From positions 152,644,001 to 152,708,000 of the forward strand of contig NC_042998.1 in assembly GCF_006345805.1 (NCBI RefSeq): DNA of 64,000 nucleotides, written 5' to 3'. The translations under genes and the position numbers were made by a program. Under the pieces are notes generated by a model, which made no database searches, had not been told where the DNA came from, and saw nothing but the letters and a program-made list of their open reading frames with translations. The number at the start of each line of letters is the position of its first letter. The stretch's first letter is position 1. Shown in pieces: positions 37,125 through 48,702 of this stretch. Origin of the DNA: Octopus sinensis (Eukaryota).

Positions 37125-37224
37125 NNNNNNNNNNNNNNNNNNNNNNNNNNNNNNNNNNNNNNNNNNNNNNNNNNNNNNNNNNNNNNNNNNNNNNNNNNNN
37201 NNNNNNNNNNNNNNNNNNNNNNNN
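37125..37224. other. assembly gap (100 N, true size unknown)
   Basis: Run of N. Confidence 1.
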
Positions 37225-38144
37225 CTTATTAAATACTATTAACTTACGTTTAACATAAAGAATGGTTATTTATACTTGTACAGATAGGGGTAAAGCTTAC
37301 AGTAAATTATTAATTCCCATATTGTTTATTTAGATATGTTGTAGGATTTGATGTGTTTGTAAGAATTAGCACTTCCTTCTCTAAGCCTAGATTCGAAGCC
37401 GAATCCAAGAATTCTCAGTTGTTCAGACCACGACGATCAACAGGCGCGAAAAATTGATTGATCATCTCCCTTTGACCTGCGACCTCAGCCATGTCAGGTG
37501 AAGTTCAACTGGACAGGCGTTGACCTATGTAGGTACTAACTCTGCTGCAGTATGTCTGTTTTTCTAGTTGCCACAAATATTATAAAACCAAGTGAAACAG
37601 GAGAGGCAGCAGACAATCGCAGCAGAGACAGGAGCAGACAGATGAGATAGATCTATCTACGACCCAAGGTTTTTGCCAGACAACAGAGACAGAGAGAAAT
37701 GCTCGAGTGACGATTGACTACTGTTTCGAATGAAACATGCACATACACAAACATATTCATTCCTAATATGTACTCTGTATTCTAGCAACTCATAGCAGTT
37801 GCCTACATTTTGTATGTAGTGACCAATAACTAAACCAACACTGTAAATAAATGCTTTTCAATCATGAATCGGTTTACGTATTTGTTTACATACACATTCC
37901 ATTTGCATCTATGTTCATTGATACACACTTAACCACTACATGTTTATAATTTAGTTGTTGATGATTTCCTTAGGTTTAGCAATTTCTATATATATTGGAA
38001 TTGTAATTTAGGTGTTTAATTTTTAAAAATATATTTGTAATTTATATACTTTTATTATATTTTTATTCTTATCCTTGTTTTTCTATTTAATATGACTTTC
38101 AATATGTATTTTTAACTTTGACACTTTAATAATAATAACAACAA

Positions 38145-38220
38145 GATAAATAGCCTGAGGATGCACAGGTGAATTTATGTATATACACCCCACTAGCACA
38201 GAAACATGAGTAGCATTGAT
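38145..38220 (+). ncRNA. minimal type I hammerhead ribozyme-like motif (PLE-type)
   Basis: aatagc-CTGAGGA-tgc..ggtg...cacc..gca-ca-GAAA-catga-GTA-gcatt: conserved core boxes, hairpin stem II, tiny palindromic stem III. Confidence 0.5.
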
Positions 38221-38421
38221 TAGAAATACCTTCTTTCCCCATAAACAAATAATAGGTAAATTATATATTTTTCAATGAATTTTATTGTATTTTTTAGTAG
38301 GATATTTAACTGCTGGTATTATTTTATTGGATGTAACTTTCTATGTGTATTCCTTACAATAAGGTTATCCTGAAATAGGAGTTGCAGTTCTATTGGTAAA
38401 ATCCCTAATTTGTAATAATAA

Positions 38422-38424
<3 letters not shown>

Positions 38425-38466
<42 letters not shown>

Positions 38467-38596
38467 TATATACATACATATATATATATACATACATACA
38501 TATATATATACATACATACTTATATATATATATACATACATACATATATATACATACATACATACATATATATATATATACACACACACATACATT

Positions 38597-38634
<38 letters not shown>

Positions 38635-38635
38635 C

Positions 38636-38682
<47 letters not shown>

Positions 38683-38750
38683 TATGTATATATGCATATG
38701 TATACATATACATATGTATATATGCATATATATATATACATATATATATG
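38425..38750. repeat. (TA)n/(TACA)n microsatellite
   Basis: Direct inspection; similar tracts at 1810-1857, 33632-33815, 34985-35057, 36133-36235 and 36777-36869. Confidence 0.98.
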
Positions 38751-40185
38751 CATCCCACCTTAAACACACCAAGCTCTCCCTCCCCTATTCCCAATTCCTC
38801 CATCTACACAAGCTCTGCAGTGACAACCATGACTTTGAGACTCAGTCTCAACTCATGGCTCGTCACTTCATCCTTCATCGATATCCCCTCACCACTATCC
38901 ACACCACACTTGCCAGAGCAGGATCTATGGATTGTGCATCTGCTCTCTCCCCCCGCACCTGCCCCGACGTCACCCATTTCCCCTCGCCTACCACCCCACT
39001 ACCCTACCTCTCCAACGCACCATTCTCCAAGCCTACTGGTGACTCCAGTCTGACCCCTTCATTTCACACATCTTCCCTAACCAAATGAGCCCACAACCTA
39101 CAAGACCTCTTGGTCCACAGCTTCTGCTGTAACCCAACCTCCCAGCTTGGCTCATTCCTCTGCTCCCGCCTACGCTGCCACACTTGCCCTTAACTCTCCA
39201 ACACCACCCTCCTCACAGGCACCCTTCATCGACTCTATCATATCACTGACTCCTTCACCCGCACTTCTAGTAATGACATCTACTGCATCTCCTGCTCTCT
39301 CTGTCCTTCTTTATACATCAGTCAAATGGGACGCCGCTTAGCTGACCGGTTTGTGAAACATCTCCAAGACATCCGACTTGGCAAATGACACCCCAGTCTC
39401 ACGCCATTTCCTCTCTACCAGTCACTCTTTACAACACCTGTCTGTGTTCAGACTGTCCTTGCACAGGGGCCATCCGGACTCCTATCTTTGCCATGAGCAG
39501 GGTTAATTTTCTCTCTTGACTCCTTTGCGCTACATGGGCTCAACTCTCCTCCCCTCTTCATCTAACCCTCCTCCTCTCTTCCTCTCAAACCTACTTCCTC
39601 CCACTTGCCTCTCCTCTTGCTTTGGCACCTACTTCCTCTCTGCACTCCTACCCATCTTCTCCCTTCAATATCAGCCCCTCCCTTGTTACCCCACCCCTAC
39701 ACATTCCAACCCCACCATCCCATCCCACCCCACCATTGCTTCCCCCACACCCCCACTCACACACACACCACACCACACACACTAGCACTGACCACTTCCC
39801 AGCACCTACACCATCCACACACCTGCACATGCATACACGCACACATCAATGTCAACAGCCCCCTTCCACACACACAAACATACACACTCTCACATACACA
39901 CACACACAATTTCGTTTTGGGATCACACTACTTTATTATCTCCCCTTCTTCCTAGCTCTCCTGTGTGACCCCTCTGCCCAGCATTCGTCATGATAAATTG
40001 CTAACCACTAAACTTTTTTTTTCTCTCTCTGTTTATTTGTTATCTTTTCTATTGAAGAGCATAGGCTCAAAACGTAAAAGACTTTCTCACTTCCCAAGTG
40101 TTAAACTAATACATCTGTTTGTTGTTTACACACCTGTCTTCATCTTCTGTTCTTTTGTAAATTCTCACTATATATATATATTACA
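38750..40185 (+). mobile_element. Penelope-like element (RT thumb plus GIY-YIG plus 3' region), decayed
   Basis: [24 protein letters not shown]...HRYP; SNDIYCISCSLCPSLYISQMGRRLADRFVKHL; terminal hammerhead-like motif at 40044-40080. Confidence 0.88.
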
Positions 40186-41715
40186 ATTCTATATTTAAAA
40201 GATGAGGAATTATGTACATTATTTACATTTGACGTATATTTGTCCTCATCTTGTTTGTTGTGAACACAACGTTTTGGCTGATATACCCTTGTTTGTTTAT
40301 TCATTCAGTCATTTATCAACTGGAAAAGCAACCTTTACTGGATCTGTAACAAATATATGCCTAGAAGATAATAGAAAAAGGAGATAGCTATAAATACACT
40401 GTGATAGAAAATGTTGATTGTGGAAGATATTACCCATATCTTCATCAACCACCTCAAGATATCTATAAAACATTGCATTCCTAAGAGATATGTCACTGTT
40501 GCTAAAACCGTTTGCAATGGTATCCATGTAAAGAATTGTTTGGATGGTCATACCAAAGGCATATAAGTATGTGAGCATATTCATATCTCCAGAAGTTAGG
40601 GATGTTGGTGGAACATTTCATTAAAAAGTAGCAACTGAGTACAAATGCAGTAGATATAATATTCTTCTATGGCATAGAGAACAAAAGTCAGTTCTTTGTT
40701 GCAGAGATCAACTAACCGGCAGATGTCTCATCTGAAGGTGGCAAAAACGTGAACATTTATGGTGAGTTAATAAAGAGCTTAAAGTTCTTGTATTCAGATT
40801 ATAGATTTTTATTTGTTTTTATGTTAGTATACTAACATAAAAACATGCAGACATACATAAAGAGTAACCAAACATGCATGCTTTATACTAAAAAAGACAC
40901 ATGTCTACATATATTTACATACTAACTCATTCACAAATCTTAAGAATACTGATGGCCTATGTAACACCAGATTTCCATAAAAGCTTCAATATACTGAGAT
41001 TTTCCAAATCCAATCACTCTATGGTACAGTAAAAATTTGTAAAACACTTTCAAGAATCTCTGAGTTTTCAGAAATGACCATAGGCATACAATCACAAGTG
41101 CATATGGTATTCATATGCACATACATAAAGAGTAATGAAACTCATACCCTTTGTACTAAAAAGGATATGTACCCACTATGTGAGTACAAGCATATTCATA
41201 CATGAGTTTACATATATGTACTTACTAACTCATACAGGTATTCACATATGCCAGAAATTATCTTGATTCAATTATGTCATTTTATTAGTGGTCTACTTAA
41301 ATTATGTGAAGAAGTACTTGCATAAATGCATGTATACATATACTCACAATAATATCATCATAAATGTACTACATTCTCTCTTTCTTAGCTATACTTTGTT
41401 CACTGTACACCAACACACACATGCATATTAAAAACTGCTTTTAATATAGGCTCAAGGCTTGAAATTTTTAGGGATTTTGGAATAGTCAATTATACATTAT
41501 TTTACCAGTCTGGAAGAAGAAAGGCAAAGTTGACTTTGGAGAGATTTAAACTCGGTATGTATGAAGAGCCAGTACAAATACTGCAACACTCTGATTCTGC
41601 TGTTCCACTTAGTTATACAGCTAAAGTGTTTACATATACTTAAAAAAAGACTCAATGCCTACATGAAGCATCTTGAATGAAAATGTTATTTATATGTATT
41701 ATATATATATATATA

Positions 41716-42020
41716 AGGCACATGGCTTAGTGGTTAGGGTGTTGCACTCACAATTGCAAGATCATGCATTTGATTCCCAGACCAGGTGTTGCATTGTGTT
41801 CTTGAGCAAAGCACTTCATTTAGCATTGCTCTGCAATCATTTTGACATCTGACGTGGCACCCAACTGCACCAGTACAGGTAATGTTGATTTGATGGAGGG
41901 AGTGAGCTTATGTCTACACAAACATTTGATCACTATAAACAAATCATCTGTGTGGTTATTTGGGAAGAAATTGTCAAGCCCTCATACGTCATCTAATGAC
42001 AAGAGAGTCCTGCACTTACA
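41716..42020 (+). mobile_element. tRNA-derived SINE
   Basis: ggcacatggcttagtggttagggtg...tttgattcccagacc A/B-box head, then tgtgttcttgagcaaagcactt body. Confidence 0.75.
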
Positions 42021-43368
42021 TGCATAAGTGTGTATGTGTGTGTGTATGCACATTTTAATATACATATATGTATATATTATGAAGTTGCATAGTATTACCT
42101 TTAATTCTTTTTATATGTATACAGCTTTACATAGATCTATACATGTTTCAACTGCACTGATTAATAACTGTTGTCATTGCAATCCTACTATAATACCAGT
42201 GCAGTTTATTCAGGGTCTTTGATTTAACTGTTTAAAGATTTTTGTTTACGTACTCTATATTGTATGATGTAGAGTCGTTCATTAAGTTAGAAGTGAGAAA
42301 TCTTCAATTCAAGTTATTGTCCATGATTTCAAAACATTCTATAGTTTAAATGTTTAATATTCATTTATACAGGGCAAATGTGAATTTCCTTATGTGCAAG
42401 CATCTCAAAGCCTGTTCCTATCTAGAATTTATTGCATTACCCTTGGATGTAAAAATATGGTAAAATTCTTCTAAACATAGGTCACATTTTTTAGTTCCAG
42501 GTCTGTATGGTTTTGCAGTACAAATTAATTCCCAGTTGATAGTATAGTCTTTGTTTCTGTCTTTAATAGACCAGATTCATTTACTAAGACTTGTTTGGAA
42601 TCTTTTATTTTTATCTCTAAACGAATTTTTAATGCATTTTTATCCCACTAATTTAATATAATTTTTGGTCATTCTTCAATAGCTGTTAGAATCCAGTGAG
42701 GAACAACAACAACTCATGTGGAATTGCGAAGACATCATGTACATGAGGAATTTATTCCGATACGGAATGAGGATGTTTACATAGCTTGTTCATTATCATT
42801 CAATAGAACAGAATGGAATTTGAATAAGGGAATGTTTTTGACTTGCCGTATTCCATGACTGGTGAAGGGGATTGAAGAAAATTCAATCAAAAAAAGTTGT
42901 CTCATAGCAGGTACAGAGATGGAGAACACCATAGCTAGTCACAGGTAGTGTACAGGAGAAGAAAGAGAGTGTAATGTGTCCATGCACATTTTATAGCTAG
43001 GTAACAAGTACCACCTAGTTGCTAGCAATGTGATAGGGGAAATAACTATAGATGACTCTCATTGAAACACAATGTCACTGATTCAAATAAGGTTGCCTAC
43101 AAACTCAAATGATTTGCCAGTCTCCTCTTGAAAACTAATGATGTTCCACCAATGTAAAAGTATTCATTACTCTCAGATGCAACTTTACATCTATATATTA
43201 CATTTTTAGTTTTTCATTTATTTTTCACATAACAGGATTCCCGTTTAGAACAATTGCAAAGGTAATTTTTTATATTTCGCTCAGATTTAGTTTTAATTTG
43301 ATCATTTATGGTAGAATCAAATTCATTTCCACAAAGTTCTTTATTACTATTTACTCCTTTAGATAGCA

Positions 43369-44260
43369 CTAGCAGAAATACCTAGCATTGCCTGAGTTAA
43401 AGAAAATAATGAAATTTAAGTATGCCTTTTAAATCTCTAACAAGCATGAAACATAGATGAGGCAGATTTCACCTCTTAGTAGCTGAGACCCCAACTTTAT
43501 ACATTTGTAACCTGGAGTCTCCCAGGTTATTGAAAATAATGAAATTTAAGTATGCCTTTTAAATCTGTAAGTAAAATGAAACATGGATTATGCAGTTCTC
43601 AACAGTTATTAGCTGAGGTACCAACTGTATATGTATATATCAATAACATCTTTTGTCTGATGTTCTCACTGTTAAAAAAAGCAGATAGTTCTTTGTCTTT
43701 GCAATCACCTTCAATTGTCAGTACTTATTTGAAACTTGTTGAACCTGAAAATGCCTAAATTTGAGAAGAACCACCTTCCAGGCGCTCCTCTCCTGTTAAT
43801 AAATACATTTAACAAAAATTCTATCAAATGATGTGAGTATAAACAAATGTATTGAAATAAATTCAGAAATCAATCACAGTTTAATTATCTAGAGCTTCTA
43901 AATATACAATGTTTTGAATGTGTCCTTTAATTGGTGTATAAGTGAAAAGGTTTTGGTGACTCGAATATCCTACTTATCCTACATAACTCTCGAATATCCT
44001 ACATATAATTGCCTATGAGAGAAGCAAGGAGAAGTCCAACAACCTTGAGAGACTGTCCTTGAGATTTGTTTATTGACATATTGAAACGTAGTTTCACTGG
44101 GAACTGGAACCATTGAAATTCAAAAGGGAGGTCATTTGTTGCCTCTAGGACATGGGGTCACATAGCTTTCACCACCAGTCTGGTGCCATTGAACAGGTGA
44201 GGTGGATCCAGATTCCTGGGCAGCATGATTGGGGCCCTCCTTTTTGAAGTGTTATGTGGT
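43369..44260 (-). mobile_element. Helitron 3' portion (PIF1-like helicase remnant)
   Basis: Minus strand FEFQWFQFPVKLRFNMSINKSQGQSLKVVGL and CFSHRQLYVGYSRV (helicase motifs V/VI); 3' hairpin plus CTAG-T terminus at 43369. Confidence 0.9.
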
Positions 44261-44304
44261 GAGGTGGCATACACACACACACACACACAATAATATATAT
44301 CATA

Positions 44305-44535
44305 TATATGAAACAGACCTGTTGACATTTGAAAAATAATGCGTCTATCTCCATACTGAATATATTTTCATACACACACACACATTAATATATAGCTTAA
44401 CAGACCTGTTGACATATGAAAAAGATGCATCTATCTCTGTGTAGAATGTATTTATACACAAATAAATATATATCTTATATATGAAGCAGACCTGTTGACA
44501 CTGGAAAATTTTTACAGAAATGAACCTGTACTTAC
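44305..44535. repeat. about 87-bp tandem repeat x3
   Basis: cagacctgttgaca...gaaaa repeated at about 44314, 44401 and 44487. Confidence 0.75.
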
Positions 44536-45079
44536 AGATACACAAATAGAAAGCTGGAAAAGAATATAAAAAAATGCAAGTACATTTAGAAATTCTTCTT
44601 TATCAAAAATCGATTCCCAATTCTAATAATTTTTATGATATTCTAAGTCTAATTATTTTCACTTGCTTAGTAAATATTGCTTTCATTATTTTATCACAGT
44701 CATAATTTCTCTTTTTTAAATAAATGCCAAGGTAGTCCAACTATATTTAATGTGTGAAAAAACAGCAGTGATCACATAGCATATTCAAATAGCCATAGCA
44801 ACAAATTCACTTGCTAACTTTTAGATAATGACAGAAAGGAAATAAGTCACATGAATTTGAAGCTTCAGTAAGCTTTAATAAGTTGTTCAATATAAGTTAT
44901 TTTCATTATGTATAAACCGAGGGCATTACACAACAAATTTAAGTCAACAAAATACCCGATTTCTTCATCTGAAATAACGAAATAAAACTTGAAATAAAAA
45001 TTTGCAATGAATATGTATTAAGTAGATTATTATTAATGAAAACAATTAGAGGCGGGAGAAAGAAAATGTGAGAGACTAT

Positions 45080-45825
45080 GTTTACAGCAGTGCTTGGAAG
45101 GAACATATGTAGTGTGTCATCATTGTATTGACCATGGTAGAGAATGCTGAGCAGAGAACCTGCATCTAATTTTGCCAAAAGCTTGGTGTTACTTGTTCAG
45201 AGGCCTACACAAAGTTTTCATTGTTTTTGACACAATCAAGGAGATCTTGTGCAAATGAAACCAAAGTGTCTCTTCGGTCAGCTGTAAGCAGTTTTGGCAC
45301 ATTCTTGGCAAACATGTCTCATATGCAAATCTTCAGTGATAATGGACTGAACTGAACCATAACTAATCTGCACATCCTCTGATAACTCACAGATGGTGAT
45401 TCGACAATTTCCCCTCACAGCTGTGATGTTTTTCTCAGTTCTGCTGGTTGCAGGTCTCCCAGAACGTTTGTCAATATCAACATTTTTTGACCATCTTGTA
45501 AACGTCTGACCCACTCATACACTTGTGTGCAGCTCATACACTCCTCTCCATACTCTTTCTGCAACTTTGCATTGGCCTCTGAGCAGGTATCACCATGACA
45601 ACTTTCTCTGTCATGGTCAATATCAATGATCATACACTACACACCTTCCTTCCGAACACTGTTGTAAACAGCAGAAGTGAGCTAGATCATTAAAACTTAG
45701 TGTGCATGCACAGCAGAGGTGAAGGTCAATTTGTGCCAAATGGTTTTACTCTGTGTGCTTTTTGATACTTATTGATCAGACCTATCTTTGTCAGCCTATG
45801 AACTTTTCAGCTGACCCTTGTAGAA
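45080..45825 (-). mobile_element. mariner-derived non-autonomous element (HTH remnant)
   Basis: KLQKEYGEECMSCTQVYEW...DKRSGRPATS...RITICELSEDVQISYGSVQSIITEDLHMRHV; inverted homolog at 63395-64000. Confidence 0.88.
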
Positions 45826-46177
45826 GTAGGACTCAGTAATGTAACAGCTTAGGTTTTAGTGGTCCACAACTATTTAACATTCTACAGTGTCAGAGATTTG
45901 CAAGGGGTAAATGTTCAGGTCTTCAAAGAATGTCAAATTTTTATCTGTGATACTAGATGAACCCACATCATAGCAGGAGGAACAAAGAGCAGCAGCTCCA
46001 ATCAATTCACTACTTCATCATGAAGAAACTCCATCACACTGAAAGGCAGTGCCCCAGCACATCATTAGCCTCTGGCTGAAACCAACAAAAAATATTTATA
46101 TAAATTTTGGGGAGTGGAAAAAAAAGCACCTTCTTCTAGGTGTTATCAATAACATAAAATAAAAACACACACACATA

Positions 46178-47370
46178 CATCATCATTTAATGTCTGTTGT
46201 CTATGTTGGCATGGGTTGGATGGTTTGACTGGGTTGGCATGCTGGAAGGCTGTGCCAGGGTCCAGTCTAATTTGGCATGGTTTTCTACAGCTGGATGCCC
46301 TTCCTAATGCCAATCACTCTGAGAGTGTAATGGGTGCTTTTATGTGCCATTTGTGCGACACCAGTATCTACGATGACTGATTTTGTTCAGCTTGATGGGT
46401 CTTCTTCTTGAGCACGACATAATTCCAAAGGTCTTGGTCATTGCCTCTGTGAAGCCTAACACTCGAAAAGAGCTTGGCTACTTTGCCTCTATGAGGCCCA
46501 ATGCTTTAAAGGAAATGAGCCATGAGGCCCGCTTGAAAGGAGCTCAGCCACCTCACCTCCATGGATCGCAACACTCGAAAGGAACTCAGCCACTTTACCT
46601 CCATGAGGCCCAACACTCAAAAGGAACTCAGCCACTTCACTTCTGAGGCCCAGCTCTCGAAAGAAACTCAGCCACTTTGCCTCCATTGATCCCAACGCTT
46701 GAAAGATACTCAGCCACTTTGCCTCCATGAGGTCCAACATTCAAAGGTTGAACTTTTTTATATGCCATCAGCATGGGTGCACTTGGCTTGATGGGCCCTC
46801 TTAAGCAGAGCACATTGCTAAAGGTCTCAGTCACTAGTCATTGCCTCTGTGAGATTCAAAGTTTGAAGGTCATGCTTCACCACTTCGTCCCATGTCTTCC
46901 TGGGTCTACCTCTACTGCAGATTCCCTCCACAGTTAGCGATTGGCACTTCTTTACACAACTGTCCTCATCCATACCATGATCATACCAGCACAGTTACCT
47001 CTCTTGCATACCACACCTGATTCCTCTTAAGCCTAACTTTTCTCCTAAGATGCTTACACTCTGTTGAACATGCACACTGACATTGCACATTCAGCAAAGC
47101 ATACAGGCTTCATTTCTCTCAAGCCTATGCATGTTCTTGGCTGCTATAGCTTATGTTTCACTGCTATGAAGCATAGCTGTTCGCACATAGGCATCAAACT
47201 ATTTGTCTTTCACTCTGAGAGAGGCCCTTTGTTGCCAGCAGGGATAGGAGCTTTCTGGACTTTGCCCAACCTAATCTTATTCTCATAGCTACACTCTTGG
47301 AACAACTACCTCCACTACTAACCTGGTCATCTAGATATCAGAAGCCATCTACTACTTCTACCTTGATGAA
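46178..47370 (-). mobile_element. RTE LINE 3' portion with about 42-bp minisatellite in its 3' region
   Basis: (CAT)n tail at about 46178; RTE C-terminal coding remnant 46860-47360; tandem aggaactcagccactttgcctccatgaggcccaacactcgaa x about 6 at 46470-46750. Confidence 0.85.
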
Positions 47371-47414
47371 GTCTATTTTCCAGACATGTTCAGCTTGTAA
47401 CTGCATATCATTGG

Positions 47415-47605
47415 CAATTTTTTTCCCTCCATCTTCCCTTCCTTGGATCTTTCCTTTTTCTATGTTTCTGACGAAGAGCTCCGCTCAAAACGTTAAATCC
47501 TCCTTCTTTCTTTCCTTTCCTGAGCATCCAATAACACTATACTTGTTCCACGTCCTCGCGTTGTTGTGTTTTCTCTTTGTGTTTTCATTTTGGATTAACT
47601 ATATA
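47415..47605 (+). mobile_element. short Penelope-associated repeat carrying a hammerhead-like motif
   Basis: gtttCTGACGAaGAGCtccGCTCaaaaCGTTAaa; related to 40020-40185. Confidence 0.55.
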
Positions 47606-47686
47606 TATAATGTATGCAGCTATATATATAAACACTTGAAATAAATGCTGCAAAAACAGCTTAGAAGACTGGCTAAATACCCTTAA

Positions 47687-48702
47687 CCCTTTAGTGTTCA
47701 GAGTAATCTGTCAAATGTATTATTTGTTCATATTTATGCATTTGAGAATAACTTCTGTATCTTTCAATACATTTCAACGCTTCTAAAGCAAACTTTGTTT
47801 ACTTTCATCGTAAGTTGAATTTAACATTAGCGGCTTATAAGGCTAGATTTATAAATCCTAAAATTGCAGAACAATTTGTTACTGGGCAGTTTAGCTTAAA
47901 GGTAACGCACTTGATGAGTAACCACAGGGATGCGAGTTCGAGGCTCATGGCTGGCTGGCTGGTAACAAATATATCTGTAATATAATGGATAGTTTATCCT
48001 GTTCATGCTATTGTATTAGCATTATCATGCATTTGAGAATAAATTTTTTCTGTAACTAAAATTGAAGTTCTTAATGTATCTTACCTGTTTTGAGTTGTTA
48101 CTAAAATTATCCCAGATGTCAAATGCCAACCATTTTGCCACTTTTCAAGATGAGGTAAATTAATTTGAATTAATTAAAATACAGGTATAATTGGTACAAG
48201 ATTTTCTTCCCTCTCAGAATTCCATTCAAACATTCTCATTGAAAATAAAGTACAAAACTCTTTTACTAGTCAATATACCATTGGCTATGTACTCTTATAC
48301 AACTTAATAAATACATTTACATAAAAGAATACATCACGTCCAATGAAGATTTATAAACATCAATATCAGATTTGTCTGAAGACAAATCACTGTTGTTTTT
48401 GTTTATATTTTGCACATCATCGAGAGTAAAACCTGCTACTTGCTGACACCATATTAAAAACTGAAATATACACTTCTCTTCAAATATTGAAAAAAACCAA
48501 GGAGTCTCAAAAATTTCACAGTATTTTTACTAATGTAAAGATGGGAAAGGCTTTATCTTATATTATCTCAAAGCTAAGAGAATTCAATAACATGATTTGT
48601 TTATTTTTTTAGCAATCTTGTAGTGGAATCAGATACAGCTGGATTTGGCTGGTTCAAACAAATAAAGGGGAATTACTTTTGGCTGGTCTGAACACTAAAG
48701 GA
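47687..48702. mobile_element. piggyBac-type non-autonomous element (TTAA TSD, 16-bp TIR)
   Basis: TTAA-CCCTTTAGTGTTCAGA ... TCTGAACACTAAAGGA-TTAA. Confidence 0.8.

Noticed and set aside
40309-40584. 91-aa minus-strand ORF and possible spliced mini-exons
   Set aside because: No recognisable homology; spliced frames give no coherent protein
47884-47960. Functional tRNA gene
   Set aside because: A/B boxes are present but the acceptor stem does not pair cleanly; treated as a SINE head or pseudogene
48085-48155. Minus-strand donor-flanked segment as a candidate RAB3IP exon
   Set aside because: Lies inside the TTAA-flanked transposon and shows no similarity to Rabin8
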